Below the pieces are notes generated by a model. That model did not search any database, was not told the DNA's origin, and saw only the letters and a list, made by a program, of their open reading frames with translations. DNA of 62,960 nt, the filler included, from Choristocarpus tenellus KU-1152 (lineage: Eukaryota; Protista; Phaeophyceae): the NCBI GenBank assembly GCA_964200185.2. It is 9 parts of 9 records of this genome, joined end to end, with 100 filler letters (N's around TTAATTAATTAA, not from the genome) between each part and the next. Parts side by side here need not be neighbours in the genome. Positions count along the whole stretch, not along the records: positions 1 to 13,682 come from CAXNAD020001408.1; 8 more parts are not named here. One strand, 5' to 3'. A program made the position numbers and the translations under genes. Shown piece after piece: positions 1-12,475 of this stretch. The first letter of the stretch is position 1. Each line of letters begins with the position of its first letter.

Positions 1-479
1 GGATAGATAGGTCACATCCACCAAAAAAACTAACCAAGTCGACAAGGAAGAACGAACGCATGTTTCATACTATACAAACATAAAAGCTTCACTATAAACA
101 CCTATAAACCATATAGACTACCGGCCTATATTGCCCAAAATCCGTACTAGCAATTTTTAAAAATACAAAGCACATACTTAATTTATCTTGTACGTTTCCA
201 ATGTTCCAAAACCAACTTTGTTTGAGCTCCGGGCGATCCGTGGGACCACCCTGAGATCCATGATCGGGAAAATCCGTGCATTGCGGTTTTCGGAAGTTGT
301 AAATTTCGAGAAGGTTTTTTCAGTGTGTTTTGAGTCTGTGAGACGGGAAAAACTGTGATAGAAAGTGGTGAATTGTGAGAAGTGTTTCAAAGATGAACGT
401 ACATACACCGCATTTTTTTAGAGGCTCTAAATACGAGTAAGAACTATAATGTTACAATCATTAACATATCCCATTCAGC

Positions 480-1260
480 ATCTGCTTTTTTCAATGCACT
501 ACATCCGACAAGACCAGGGCAAAGGACTCCAGTTCAATTTGCTTTTAATCCCCTCCTTCGAACAGTAGTCTACTCCTGTATTCATGCTTCACTTAGTACC
601 ACCGATCACGTGAGTTAATCCAACCCACATAAACTGACTGAAGCGGCGATGAAATTCACATGGAAATGCGATTTTATCATGCTCAATATTCACATAATAT
701 AGTCTTCACAATTTTTTAACATCTGTTTCTTCACATGCACCTAGTCCAACGAGACCAGGACAAAGGACTTTGGTTCAATCTCGGCAATCCCCATCCCCTC
801 TTTCCTCGTGTATTATTCCTCCGGAGTTTCTGCCTCACTTGCTAACATGCGTCACGCAGGTTGGTCCAACCCATCCAAACAGCTAATAATCACCATGAAA
901 TTGAAATGGAAATGAGTTTTTTTTCAAAATTGCTCACGACAATTTATAACAACTCTTTCTTTGTGGCACTACGTACGCGGTATAAGAATCTGGCCCAGTC
1001 TTACAGCAATCTCCTACTAGTTTTACATCTTCTCCTTGAATTTGTCCTCTCACCTCACATGAACGGTCACATATAAGTCAAAAACACACAAACTGCATAA
1101 ATCGCGATCAAACTGTCATAGCAATGCGATTCTAAAAAAGAATTGAAGACATAATACTCATGGCAATTTATCGCAACTCTTTTCTCTATGCACCAAAACA
1201 AAGGACTATGCTACCGCTCTTGCTGTGTGTTTGTGCTCTCGACGTTATCAATCATGTCAA
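480..1260. repeat. Diverged ~210-245 bp direct repeats, subterminal region of a large DNA transposon
   Basis: GACCAGG-CAAAGGACT at ~508, 751, 1191; GATGAAATT..ATGGAAATGCGATT-like motif at ~648, 894, 1106. Confidence 0.6.
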
Positions 1261-1479
1261 ATATTTGCCTGGCCCTCAAAAAGCGACCGAATTGCCACCA
1301 AATTGAGAAAAAAGCGTATATTGATTAGACAGGCAGGTTATGATAACTTCTAAAAAATGCTACCAAGTAGACACACCTGCAGTTCACAACTGCTGATACG
1401 AACATAACATCGAAAAGAAACGAATCTGAAAGGTGTGCCCAGAGCAAGGGAATTCAAATTTGCCTACAAACGCGATTTC

Positions 1480-1558
1480 CAAAATTCCATCAAAATCGCT
1501 ACATTGAATTCTGGACCCCATTTGGACGCGACCGTACCCTCTTAGATACTTTTGGCTC
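1480..1558 (-). mobile_element. MITE-A-type terminus (GAGCC end) closing a longer element
   Basis: AAAATCGCTACATTG..TTTGGACGCG..TACCCTCTTAGATACTTTTGGCTC matches one MITE-A end; sequence to the left is not MITE. Confidence 0.75.
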
Positions 1559-2149
1559 GACATGGATGGACAGTTAGTGGCTTCTTAACCTTCTTGAAAA
1601 AGATTGGAAACGATGTGCAAGGGAATGGATCATGAGAAGGAAGCTTGAACAGACGTGGACACGCAGGGACGTGCACTTCTTGCAAATGACAGCGAAGAAT
1701 GTGTGAGAAATTGTACCAAGTGAAGGATCTTTTAGAAAGGACAGATGGGAGTTCGTATTTTGTAGCTAGAAGAGTGAAGGCCCTTCCCCTAGGATAGGGA
1801 AAGGAAAGGGGCGGACAGTAAAGGAAGCCTTACTTGAGAGGGAAGAAAACAAGGGATTTTGGAGAAGAGTGGAGGGCACCTACCTAATGTAGGAATAGGC
1901 AGGACAAAGGCTGACATTTGAGTGCTTGATCTCCTTTCGTAAGAAATATTAATAATTACTGTGTGTGAAAGGATCTGTTCGTGTGTGACGGACATCTGGA
2001 ATGTGCGTAATTTTACTACGTCCTGCTGAGCCCACTATTATGGCATCACACTGCTCGCTCGCCATCTCTTGTATACACAAACCACGATGCAAACGAAATC
2101 AATCTCACACAGTACACACGCTCAACTCTCATATCTCGCTTTCACGAAG

Positions 2150-2550
2150 CGGGGATTTGGGAGACCATCAAACAGCAGTACTCCTTTGATCCTGGAATAA
2201 ATCCAAGACTTACCAAATCCTTCAGAATTTCCTCTCTATGCTCTTCAACCAAGATGGAAAGGACGAGGGGGAAGGAAACAGATGCAATTGGAACGATCTT
2301 GCCCCTTGGCTCTTGGACGAGGATAAGAAGTTTGTGCCCTTGGCGAGCGCGCTGCGGAGGTACTAGCTTGGGAGAAACATGAATCCACACCTGATGTCCA
2401 CGTCAAGTTCTTCCTCGAATCGATCAAGAAAGATATCTTAGCACCGAACACACTCGCCAGATGTACAACTCGATCCTCGTTGGCATTGCTCCCAATGTTA
2501 AACTATCCTAGGATGAGGTGACGCCGACGTACCAACCCTGTCGGTCGCAC
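2150..2550 (+). pseudogene. Frameshifted N-terminal fragment of Sola2-like transposase (copy 2)
   Basis: WNDLAPWLLDEDKKFVPLASAL and YNSILVGIAPNVK are homologous to 11607-11900(-) and 53896-54405(+). Confidence 0.8.
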
Positions 2551-3029
2551 AAGTAATTATCCATGTGGACGTTGCAAATCCCATATGGTAGTCTGCACTG
2601 GTCTTACCCACGTTCTCAGTCAGCAGAATAGAGACCATAGGCCCTGTTGTAATATTAACTTTGCTCATCTACATTGAGCAGTTCTTTGTCCTTCATTAAA
2701 TCACCAAAGCCGCGGGTCCAGTGTGGGATACTTCAACACGGGACGCAACGTGTTGCCTGGCTTCCCTCCACGATCGTTGAGTTTTAGCTGTGTGGGCTCG
2801 TGGACGTAGCAGTGATCCCCGAAAACAGGAGAAATGGCCCCTTTACTGGTCTTGATGAGCCTGAACCCATGGTCGAATATGTCTTGGGTGAGGATTTGAG
2901 TTTGCACTTGATACTGCAAAGAAGCAGGTTTCGTTGCTGATCGTAGGAGCTCAGTAACGAACGCCTCCATCAAGGTTTCGGTGATCCCCACGTCGGGTGC
3001 ATCGCTGGAGTCGGCTGCGTCTTGTGTAG

Positions 3030-3260
3030 TGTTGGTGGGACCACTATTGAGAGCTGTTTTGTACACGGTTTCAATGCAAATACGTACAGAACATTGAGTA
3101 GTAACGTTGGTGAGACCACTTGTGACGGCTGATTAATACACAGTCTCAATTCTAATATATACGGAGCATTGAGAAGCAACGTTAGTGGGACCACTATTGA
3201 GAGCTGCTGGTTTGTACACGATCTCAATGCTACTAAATACAGAGCATTGAGTAGTGGTGT
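3030..3260. repeat. ~70 bp tandem repeat, ~3 units
   Basis: GTTGGTGGGACCACTATTGAGAGCTG...CATTGAGTAGT repeated. Confidence 0.8.
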
Positions 3261-4549
3261 ATACTTATGTTCACGACCATTGTCTGCGCAAGGAGGGTTG
3301 GAGATACGCGACCAAAGTGTTCAATACCACACATGTTGATAATCTTGGCCTAACGTGTGTGCATTTGCCTTCTGGATTTCAAGCCACCATGACATTGAGG
3401 CCTCTTCATGTACATGAGAAATATCGTTGCCGGTCGTGACAGACTCGTGTGGTATACACTCAAATATAAGTACCTAAATTGTAATGGTTCCAATGTTTTT
3501 CAAATAATAGTACTTTCACAAACAGTTCGGGTTGCATATGTGGAGGTTCCGAAAGATATTTTCACAGATTGCAACCTTACAGTGCTAACCGATTTTAGGA
3601 TCGTAAGCCTGAAATACGTTCTACATCACCCTGTGGGGTATTAATCTGTATAAGTTTGTACAGTATGGTGCGGGAAGGAATGTACTTCGGAACGTGTTAA
3701 CATTTTATGTCTTTGTATGGGTAATCGCATGTGGATCGATGTAGTCTGGGGACAGTAGCGCCGTATAAGCCTAACCCGGATTAGGGTTATACATGAAGGA
3801 AGCAATAACGAAAGAGTTCCTAACGCGAGGGGCACTTTTTTTGTATCCATCTTTGGGTGTGCCCACGTTCAGTTGTATTGCGTCTGGGTGTTGGTGGCGG
3901 GGAAATCTTAGCCAAATTCCAAACATTTCTTCCAATCACGTGGTATTAAATCATGTTGTCGGTAATTCATGGGTTTGGTGTGTTTAGCATAGGGTGTGTG
4001 TGTGTCTGTATGCGAACGGGTGTTCCTCGTTAATCATATTCATGACAGTACTTCAGCCTCTTTCTCGTTTTGGCACAACTGCATCTCACGCAATTCGTCT
4101 TGCAATCAGAGCAGAGAGTATAATGCTCATGTAGGTGGTGGTGGAAGGGGTGTGTACGATATAAGGTCAGAGGGTTGCATGTGCGTAGGATGGTGTTAGA
4201 GTTGGATTCTGTGGACCGCTCGGTTTCTTTCTTTTGCAGATTCAAGAGGTCACTGACCTCCACTTTTCATCTGGCGGCTGTTATGTAGTCAAAGCATGTG
4301 AACACGGCCAATTTTTTTGACGCTTTTACTTCTTGTCTGTCGCTAGATGCGTAACAATAACGAGGTCTATGCTCTCAGAACGGTTTGAGGTCGTGTATGG
4401 TACAGGATCATGTTCAGATGTAGGGCATAGGATACAACGTATACTTTTTTTCCAAGACTAGCGTGTACTGGTTTACGACAACGGGCTAAGTGTCTCCGAG
4501 GAAGTCCTTGTGGGATGCAATGTTGTCGGACTATTTTGTGGGTGTTTCT

Positions 4550-4610
4550 GAGTTGAAGTATTTGGGGGGAGGGGGGAGGAGGTCTGAACCGGGGCGTCCA
4601 AATGGGCCCT
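4550..4610 (+). mobile_element. Degenerate MITE-B-like terminus, possible 3' end of the large transposase element
   Basis: GAGTTGAAGTATTTGGGGGG..GGTCTGAACCGGGGCGTCCAAATGGGCC resembles only the first ~60 bp of MITE-B and points toward the transposase. Confidence 0.5.
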
Positions 4611-5702
4611 TGTATAAGTGTTTGAAAATGTATGAAATGTTGTGAAAAACGCATAATGGAGTGTCTTTAGTCGTGGAGGTTGGTCTTTCTTCGGTTGAAT
4701 TTTGCGTAGTCTGTGCACCTAGTGTTTGTACTTGGCACTTTAGATGTTGGAAAAGTAGCCTTTTGGGGGATCGATTTCTGGGGTGGGTTGTTTTGGTTGT
4801 TAGTTTGTTGTGAAGTGCGGATTGGATTGGTTCATCTATTGTGGGTTTATCGTCTTCATGGAGTGGGATCAAATGTTAATTGAGGTAAGGATTAATGGTC
4901 TGTCATATCCAGCGTTAAGAATTATGTGATTGTCAATTGACGAAGAGGGTCTCGTCAATTTGGGAGGGGTGTGAAGAATAAGTATTTGTGCGAATTCTAT
5001 GTAACTTAAGGGGGTGCGTGGGGATGAGTTGGCGACAGATGTATTGCATTCGTGTTTGTATATTTTGGAGGTATGTAAATTACATGTCCTTTGTGGAGCG
5101 GGGCATGTGATATCAATGTCGAAAAAGCGTCTTACGTGGGAGAGGGGAATGTGCGATCCTTGATTGTTGTCTTCATATATAAAGGGTGGAAGGGGGAACG
5201 CCGCATATAAAAGATCACACTAGAAGGGGGATGCGACGAATTCTTTCTGCGGCGATGTTTATTTTATTTGTGATATGAGAATGTCTGCTTTTTCTAGCAA
5301 GCACACAAGAAGTAAATTAGATTTTCCAATGATAAAATTCTATGCATACACTTGAAACTACTACACACCATGTAATATATACCAGTAGTCGTAAGGAAAA
5401 TAATTGACCAAGAAACAGGTTGTAACTGTCTATAAATAAAAATGAACACACAATATCCAAAGGTGAGGCAGCACATGTACACCTAAAAGAAAGGACAGAG
5501 ACATAACACCCGATTGTAAATATAATTGCAAAATGAACCCTGCCTCGACAATACATGACCAACCTCTACTATGATATAGGACAGGATGTCCACGGGAGGC
5601 ATGATGTCCCGGATGGATGAGGGGAGAGGGTGACACACGACTACGAGTTTCGAGAAGATTGTAGCGCGTCCGACTAGCTGCAACCTCCGTTGCATATTTC
5701 GG

Positions 5703-6838
5703 TCATATGGGACTGGTCCAGAACCAGGATCTCGGCTTTGTGTTAGGCTCCATGTGGTATTGTTGTTGAAGAAGCTGAATATTTCGCACCTCACCATCCG
5801 CCAATTTCACCTCATAGGGGTAGCTGAGTCGCTCCTCTCCCACTGGCTCCGTATGGTGGGACTGGTATTTGGTGACGGTCCCTCGTATCCACTGCTCGTC
5901 CATTTGAAAGTACAGTCCTTTCCCCTTGGCCCTCTCCTCCTCTCTACGGTTTGCATGTAGAGTCATCCGCGCCCTGCGTTTGTTGGCGTGCTGGGCTGCA
6001 GTCTCATCGCGGTCCCTTTTCTCCTTCTCCTTTAGTTGTTCGACCCCCTCCTCGATCTCGTCCTCTGTCATGAATGACCTTAGCCTAGGTGGTAAGGAGA
6101 TCTCACCAAGCACATCTTCGTAACGCACAGAGTAGATACATTCCCCGGAATCGTCTATGTCAACGTCGCGGACTTGCCCCCGGATGATAGCATTTCCACT
6201 CCCGCATAGGATTAAAGTGGTGCCTCGGCTGAACTTGGCATTGGATGTGTCTCCACGTCTGCGTAGTCTTGAGAAGCGAACAGGGATTCCGCCGAGGGAT
6301 TGCCGATTGGATTCCACAGTGAATCTCTGGTATTGACTGGGGAGGATTGTGTAGGTATCGTCGAGAGCCAAAGTATCTTAGAGGGTAGAGCCGCGTCCAT
6401 TTGGGGGTCTAAATCCAATGTTGTAATTTTGATGTAATTTTGGCTATCGTGTATGTTAGGACGTGTCAATATCCTTGTTGTGGAAACATATTTTCATAAT
6501 GTATACATTTTACTTGCTCCCAAATATTTCGGAGTAGGAATTGTCATAAAAAAGAACCAAGGGAAGTCAAGCCCCAAATGGACAAACATGGCAAAACTCA
6601 TACCCTCTAAGATACTTTCACTCTCGAGGTTGTTACGACGAAGGTGTGTGAAGTCAGGCTCGATGATAGCCTGAAGGAGGACGACACGGGGACTCGGTTG
6701 AGCGGCCTGCAGATCGATCACGTTTTTTGAGTTGATGGGGTTGGGGTGGCGGGTTGACCTTGAAGACCATCGTGTGAGAGATAGACAGTGTTGATAGTGG
6801 ATGGTTGCTGTTGGCGGAGTTTCGTGCCCATGGAAATA
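5703..6838 (-). pseudogene. ORF with two Tudor/SH3-like modules, interrupted by MITE-A; probable C-terminal part of the transposase or cargo
   Basis: Removing the MITE and one TCGA TSD restores ...HLRRNNL-DDTYTILPSQ in frame; motifs RGQVRDVDIDDSGECIYSVRYED and WIRGTVTKY..YPYEVKLADGEVRNI. Confidence 0.6.
6365..6623 (+). mobile_element. MITE-A (~260 bp, Sola2-type), full copy
   Basis: TIR GAG(CC/TG)AAAGTATCTTAGAGGGTA; perfect 4-bp TSD TCGA at 6361-6364 and 6624-6627. Confidence 0.95.
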
Positions 6839-6989
6839 TTAACCAAAAACGAATATTTACAATGACAAACTTGAAGGGAAAAAGTTCTACACAGAATAAT
6901 ATCATTTATAATATACAATCATGTAAAATTCTCCAACCTAGGTGATTTTTATGTTTCAAAATAATTGGACGCATTTTCGTTTGTGTTTA

Positions 6990-9900
6990 CAACAGAATAA
7001 TCTTTAGTAGGAATCTCGGGTGCCTCATCCGATCCGCACTTGAGAGGTGAACTGTCGGCACTCCGTCAACGAACGTGGCAGTCAACATCTCGAAGTCTTC
7101 CCTCACAAACACCACCTCATTACCAGCACTGAACATCCCTCCGTAGCTGGAATGGTCCCTGGAGTTCCATTTCACGGATTTCCTTCTTGTGTATGGTGAA
7201 CGGCAGGAACTCCAACCCATCATATTCCGACGGCTCCGTCCGCAAAATGCATACATTTCCCACTGCGAGCTGCCTCTTCTTCCTAGAGAGATGGCTCCTA
7301 AGGTAAATGTCACACACGTCATCCTCGGGGGAAATTCCGATGTAGACCTCCTTGAGTACAGGCACGTGAGTGCCCTGCCACTTGAAGCCCGCGACATTGC
7401 CAATTGAACAGCTGGTGCAGTAGCATGACACCTCGGTGTACATGACCTTGGATAAGCTACCGTTGCCACTTGGACTGGTGAAGAACCCGTGCATGGACTT
7501 GATGCCGCTGAACTGGGGGACAAGGTGACCATGTCCTCCCTTCCGATCGATCTTGTAAGCCGGGAGGTGAACGATCTCCTGTGTCCTGATGGTATCATTC
7601 TGGAGTAATTTTGGGAATATCTTGACGCGTACTCTGCCATGGCTGTCCCCCCAGTCCTAAGGAGTACGACGTTGTCGCGTGGCGGAAACTTAGATGTACA
7701 TACTCCTCACTATGTTAAGTACGAGGATATCAATGTTGCGGAATGATCGCGAGAGAAACAATATTGAATATGGTGTAGTCAGATTTGGTTTTTTTTAATG
7801 GTGATGGTGATGTGTAGACGGTGATATAAACTCGCCAACGACATATCTTCTTTTGTGTGCCTCGAACCTTACAGGAAGAAAGACACGCAGGGTTGGATGC
7901 TGGAACAAATGTGTTGATACTCCTCGTGTGTTGTGTGGTGGTTTGTGGAGAAGTGATATCAAAGTTGTTGTCATATGTGTTTAGGCCCTGATTGTGAAGG
8001 CGGGTTGTAACAGATAGTTGTTTGGGATTCGAGAGAGTTTGTACTTAGGGGGTGCAGGAGGATTTACCAAGAAATGTCGATACTAGTTGGAGATTATAAT
8101 GTATGTGGAATAAAAGGGAGGATGTGTCGAGTGTGTGGATGGGGGGGGGGTACCGTCCTTCTTCGTGACGACAGTCTGTCCTGGAGGAACCTTGCGATCC
8201 CTACGGAGGTGTCCCTCTTCCTCTGGCATTGGATCCCTCAGCGTGTACTGTGTCTTGATGGCCTTCATTGTCTCCTTCAAGGACAGGGTTCCCGGCATTA
8301 TACCCCGTTCAGCTCCAGCCTCCTGGCAGCTGACTTCACCACAGCTCCAACTCTATCCGCCATCGATTTGCCGTGGCAAGAGGAGAAGAAGTTGTGCACT
8401 ACTGAAATCCCCATCCTCGCAATTCACCTGGGAAACCCAATACATCTGCCACCGGTTCTTAAACCGACTTCCACAGTAGCCATAAGACCAGAGACCCAAA
8501 GTATCTGGGAGTGGGGGGGGGTCTACACCAGGGTGTCCTTTTGGATCAAAATCAGGAAAAGGGCATTTACAGTATCTATCCGGCGTATGCAACCAAATAA
8601 CCCCAAAATCGCGACATACAAAAATTGACCCCAAATGGACAGCCACCACCCCCTCCCAGATACTTTGAGCCAGATGTGGAGGACCTTCAGGGTCTGACCA
8701 TGTTCCCGGGCCAAAGGCATTAAGTGGCTGCCGATGAAAATCTACATGGCGTTCTGGACAAACTCATTGTCCTGACTCCGGTCTTCACTACAAATTGTCG
8801 TGCTGTGAGCCCATATCCTTCCCTCCCCCAGATTTCCCCCTTCCCTCGTGTCCCTCAACCACCAAGCAATGGTCAAGAGCGCTGTCAACAATAGATTGAA
8901 AAATTCTTGTTGTGTCAGGTCCTGGTGGCTGTGTGGAAGCTGGGAACTGAAGTCAATGAACATGGCAGCGTGACCTTTTGGGAGGCGGGATTTGCAATGC
9001 TTATACTGCCGCGCCTGCCGGATGGTTGTGTTGTGATGAAGGAGAAAATGACTGTGGAAGTTGGTAAAGAGGACCTTGAGGAGTGTGGGAAACCCCTCTG
9101 TCCGTGGGAATATGACCTGGTCGTACAGATGGGGGAGCAGTAGTTCTGTGGGGTCATGTTCTATATATTGGAGGAGGGGGGGGCATCCCTACCAAGTAAC
9201 GTGCTTTCTGTTGCGGAAAACTGTGTGTGTTGTTGCTTGAGTGTGTGGGATGGGGATTAGTACAGGAAAAGGCAAATACATAGTCTCACATGCGGTGTCC
9301 ACCGCCTCCCTTTGGTCCTGATGGCCACATACTGACCTTTCGCTTCTTGTTGGCCTTGTCTGAACACCCTGTGTCGTCTTCGTCGTCGTTCTCTTCGGTT
9401 GTTGTCCTCCTCGAGATGGGGTTCGACTTGCCCGCCATGCAAGTGGCGAGGATGAAGTCGTCGGTCATTAGATTCTTGGCCCTGACTACCATGTATTTCG
9501 CCTTTATCCTCTCGATTATTTCATCCTTCATTGTGCCGTTGGGAGTTACAAGCCCAAGACGAGACGACAGTGCCTTAGGCATGGCAAGTTGAAGACAGGG
9601 GTTGTGTGCGGTGTTAAGCGGGGGGTGTGTTATTGAAATCGAAAGTGTTGTTTTCCAAAAAAAATGTATGTGGTCAGAGTAACCTCTCCGATATTACAAC
9701 AATATAGAGATATTAATATTTTTTATAATTGACATGCATGGTGTTATATTGGGTTTCACTTTACATAGCCACATCTCACACCCACCTTGATCTCCTTGGA
9801 TGTCTTTCCAGCTAGGTCCCCCTCCACAATTGGGGTGTATGCGTGGACACAAACTCGTTCCATGTTACCGTGGTACGGTGGCATTGATCATACAAGGGCA

Positions 9901-11990
9901 CTTCCACATGGGGTGCTTAGTCCAGTCGCAAATATTGCATGTTCCATCCACACAAGATATTTTATAACCACCTTCTGAACCACCCGTGGACTGCTCGCCG
10001 ATGGGCTCGAGGTTGCTCCTCTCACACCTGGGCAGTCATATGGGAATCGTCGTGGGGGGATTCAGTTTAAGTCCCGAGTTGGACACATTATATGGCATTG
10101 TGTGTATTTAAGGGCATATGGGCAAGTTGCCAACGTTGAACATGGACGACAACTAGTAGATTGAGAGAAGTCATTTCGTTTGTAGGTTGGTACATGGGAG
10201 AGGATGGTATGTGCATATGGTATTGATGTTGTTGGAGCTTCGGACCAGTATAAGATTGCAGGTACAGGCACAAGTGCCATTGTCACCAACCACCGTCCGA
10301 GAGTGTACTTTGTTCCAGTTTTCCCTCAGGCATTGGACCAATAGGTCGCTGGTCATGTGGTGAACGCAAACACATGTCCTGTATTATACGCAAGGGAGAT
10401 AAGGTAGAAAGGGTCCCGATTGTTTTTTGGTGACTCTGCAAGGGGCAAAGATCGATATGTGTATCGCAGTTGAGTTGGTGGTAGTAAAGTGTTGAGCGTT
10501 GGCACTGTCCTATATGTTGTACGTCTGTTCAAACAAATAATGTGTGAAACGGTTGTGTTTCTCTACACACTTTTGAGTTGCCTTGGTGATGCAGAATGGT
10601 CTCCACTTCACGAACGTGGGCAGGCACGGTATCGGCCCATCCGTTGCCTCCATCTCAAATCTCTCTTTGAAGTTTGCGTAAACATCGTCGTCGGTTCCAA
10701 TCATTACCTTGCTTTAAACGTATGCACAGGGGGGATATAAAATACTCATGTCGTCGCGTATATGTTTGTTGTTGTACTTCAAGGAGAGAGTACACAATTT
10801 GTCGGGGTGAAGGAGCAGATTGCGGGCAGGAAGAATATAAGTGCTTTCGCTTGATGGTGGTTGTAATACAGTACCTCTGAGCGTGTTGCTGACACTGCGC
10901 ATCTGGGTGGCACACCCTTTTATTGGTGTTAGGGTCCAAGGAGTGCATTCCCTCAGCGGAATCGTGGGAAGTGATCGGGTCGTGGGGCAGGGCCGTGCTG
11001 TTGCTCTCCCAGACGGTTAGGCCAAGGATGTGTGTTTCAGGGTGCTGCACATCAAACCGTCACGAGAAACTGTCTCTTGTGTTGAATATCCTTGCCCGGT
11101 CCTTGTTCAACCTAACAATCGCGACTGAGAAGAGGAAGGGAATTTGGATGAAGGGGTGGATGTTGCTTGTTTTTTTGGTGATGTGTTGAAAGTTTCTTAG
11201 GAGTGTATAGGATACGGCGTTCCGTGTTCAAACCTTGGTGGAAGAAATTGTTTTTAGGGGGTTGCTGGATTTCTGGGTTCGAACCTTGGCTTTAATAAAA
11301 CTTATCCCCCATTGGCCTGGTGGAAGATATTGTGTTTACAGGGTTTGCTGGATTTCTGGGTTCGAGCCTTAGCTTAAAAAAAACAAATCTCATTAGGGTG
11401 GACACCCTTACTTGTCCGGTAGGGGGTGGTGCAGAGGCCTGTACGTCTTCTGTGTCGGAAGTGGGACTTGACTCTCCAATACCATCTACGGACATAGCAC
11501 TAAAACGCTTCCTATCGTCGATGAATTCTGCGCTCTTAACTGCCAAGGATCTGAGGCTGTCGATCTTGATGTTGTATCTCTTGGCCGTGTTGGATAGATT
11601 GGGTTACTATGTGGACGTCACCCCGTCGTTGAGCACTTTAACATGAGGAGCGATGGCTGCAAGGATTGAGTTGGTAGACTTGTCGAGTGTGTTGTCTGTG
11701 TTAAGGTCCTTCAACAATTCGAGGAAGGTCTTGACCTGCATGTCTATTGCAGATGCGCGTATCTCCTCGGACAATAACTCTCGCAGTACCCTTGCCAATG
11801 GTGTAAACTTCTTATCCTCGTCCAAAAACCAAGCGGCGAGGTCCATCCAAGTGTATCTGTCTCCTTCTCCCTCATTCTGCCCATATTGGTCGACAAGCAT
11901 GGAGCAGAATAGGTGAAGGATTTTATCCGTCTTGGACTTCTTCCATGACTGGAGAGTGCTGCTATTGGTTGGTCTCCCAACCCCTCACTT
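6990..11990 (-). pseudogene. Multi-exon Sola2-like DDD transposase pseudogene (copy 1)
   Basis: Motifs in order: FVKWRPFCITK|TCVCVHH (10600-10360), SCVDGTCNIC (~9950), HHNTTIRQ..K..LPKGHAAMFIDFS (D1 ~8953), LHIWS[Y]G-CGSRFKN (D2 mutated, ~8483), HNFFSSCHGKSMADRVGAVVK (D3 ~8356), MHGF..SCYCTSC (~7420); GT-AG introns, stops and frameshifts. Confidence 0.85.
8493..8671 (+). mobile_element. MITE-B (~180 bp), inserted next to transposase catalytic D2
   Basis: TIR G(A/G)C(C/T)CAAAGTATCTGGGAG; 3-bp TSD AGA; removal restores LHIW-SYG. Confidence 0.9.
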
Positions 11991-12239
11991 CCTGAAAAGG
12001 GGGATAGAGGAGTGAAGAGAAGTAAGCTGTCTGGGCAGGATGCCGGATGAGATTAAGTAATTCAGAAGAGATGAGGAACACGTATTTGTTATTGCGTCCA
12101 ATGCACGGGAATCATGAAAAATATTTTTTCTTGTGTCACTGACGAAACGCATAGAGTATGCTCTCTATCCACAAAACCATGTTTTAGGTAGAAGTGTTTA
12201 TGGACGTACTACACAATTTCCTCTTATTCAATCGTCCGG

Positions 12240-12475
12240 AAAAAAATATGTGTGTATAGGGGTTGTTTTTGATGATAAGCAAATGGAGTCTGGTCTGTTG
12301 CATTGTTACTTTTATAGTGTCGGCTGACGCATTTTGAGAGAAAATGCGCATTGGGTGCGTGTTTGACGAAAAACAAATCAGTCTGGTCTGCTGAATTACA
12401 TACCAAAATACGTCGGCCGACATATTTTGGAGAGAAAATAGGCATTGGATGCGTGTTTGACGAAAAAAAAGTTAC
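12240..12475. repeat. ~97 bp diverged tandem repeats upstream of the transposase
   Basis: GCATTGG(G/A)TGCGTGTTTGACGAAAAA and AGTCTGGTCTG recur. Confidence 0.6.

Noticed and set aside
2701-4500. Possible extra cargo ORFs next to the transposase element
   Set aside because: Short, interrupted, and no convincing homology to the other transposase copies by eye
6453-6674. Recurrent small ORF family MLG.VNIL..FHNVYIL.TPK.FGVG (also 29786, 26338, 32287, 34315, 52219)
   Set aside because: Translations of non-coding MITE-A copies; frames are not conserved
6987-7640. 217-aa standalone gene
   Set aside because: Mosaic of frameshifted transposase C-terminal sequence; the SCYCTSC motif is in the other frame
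8353-8649. Recurrent ORF MAAVHLGSIF (also 22582, 25888, 56252)
   Set aside because: Translations of MITE-B
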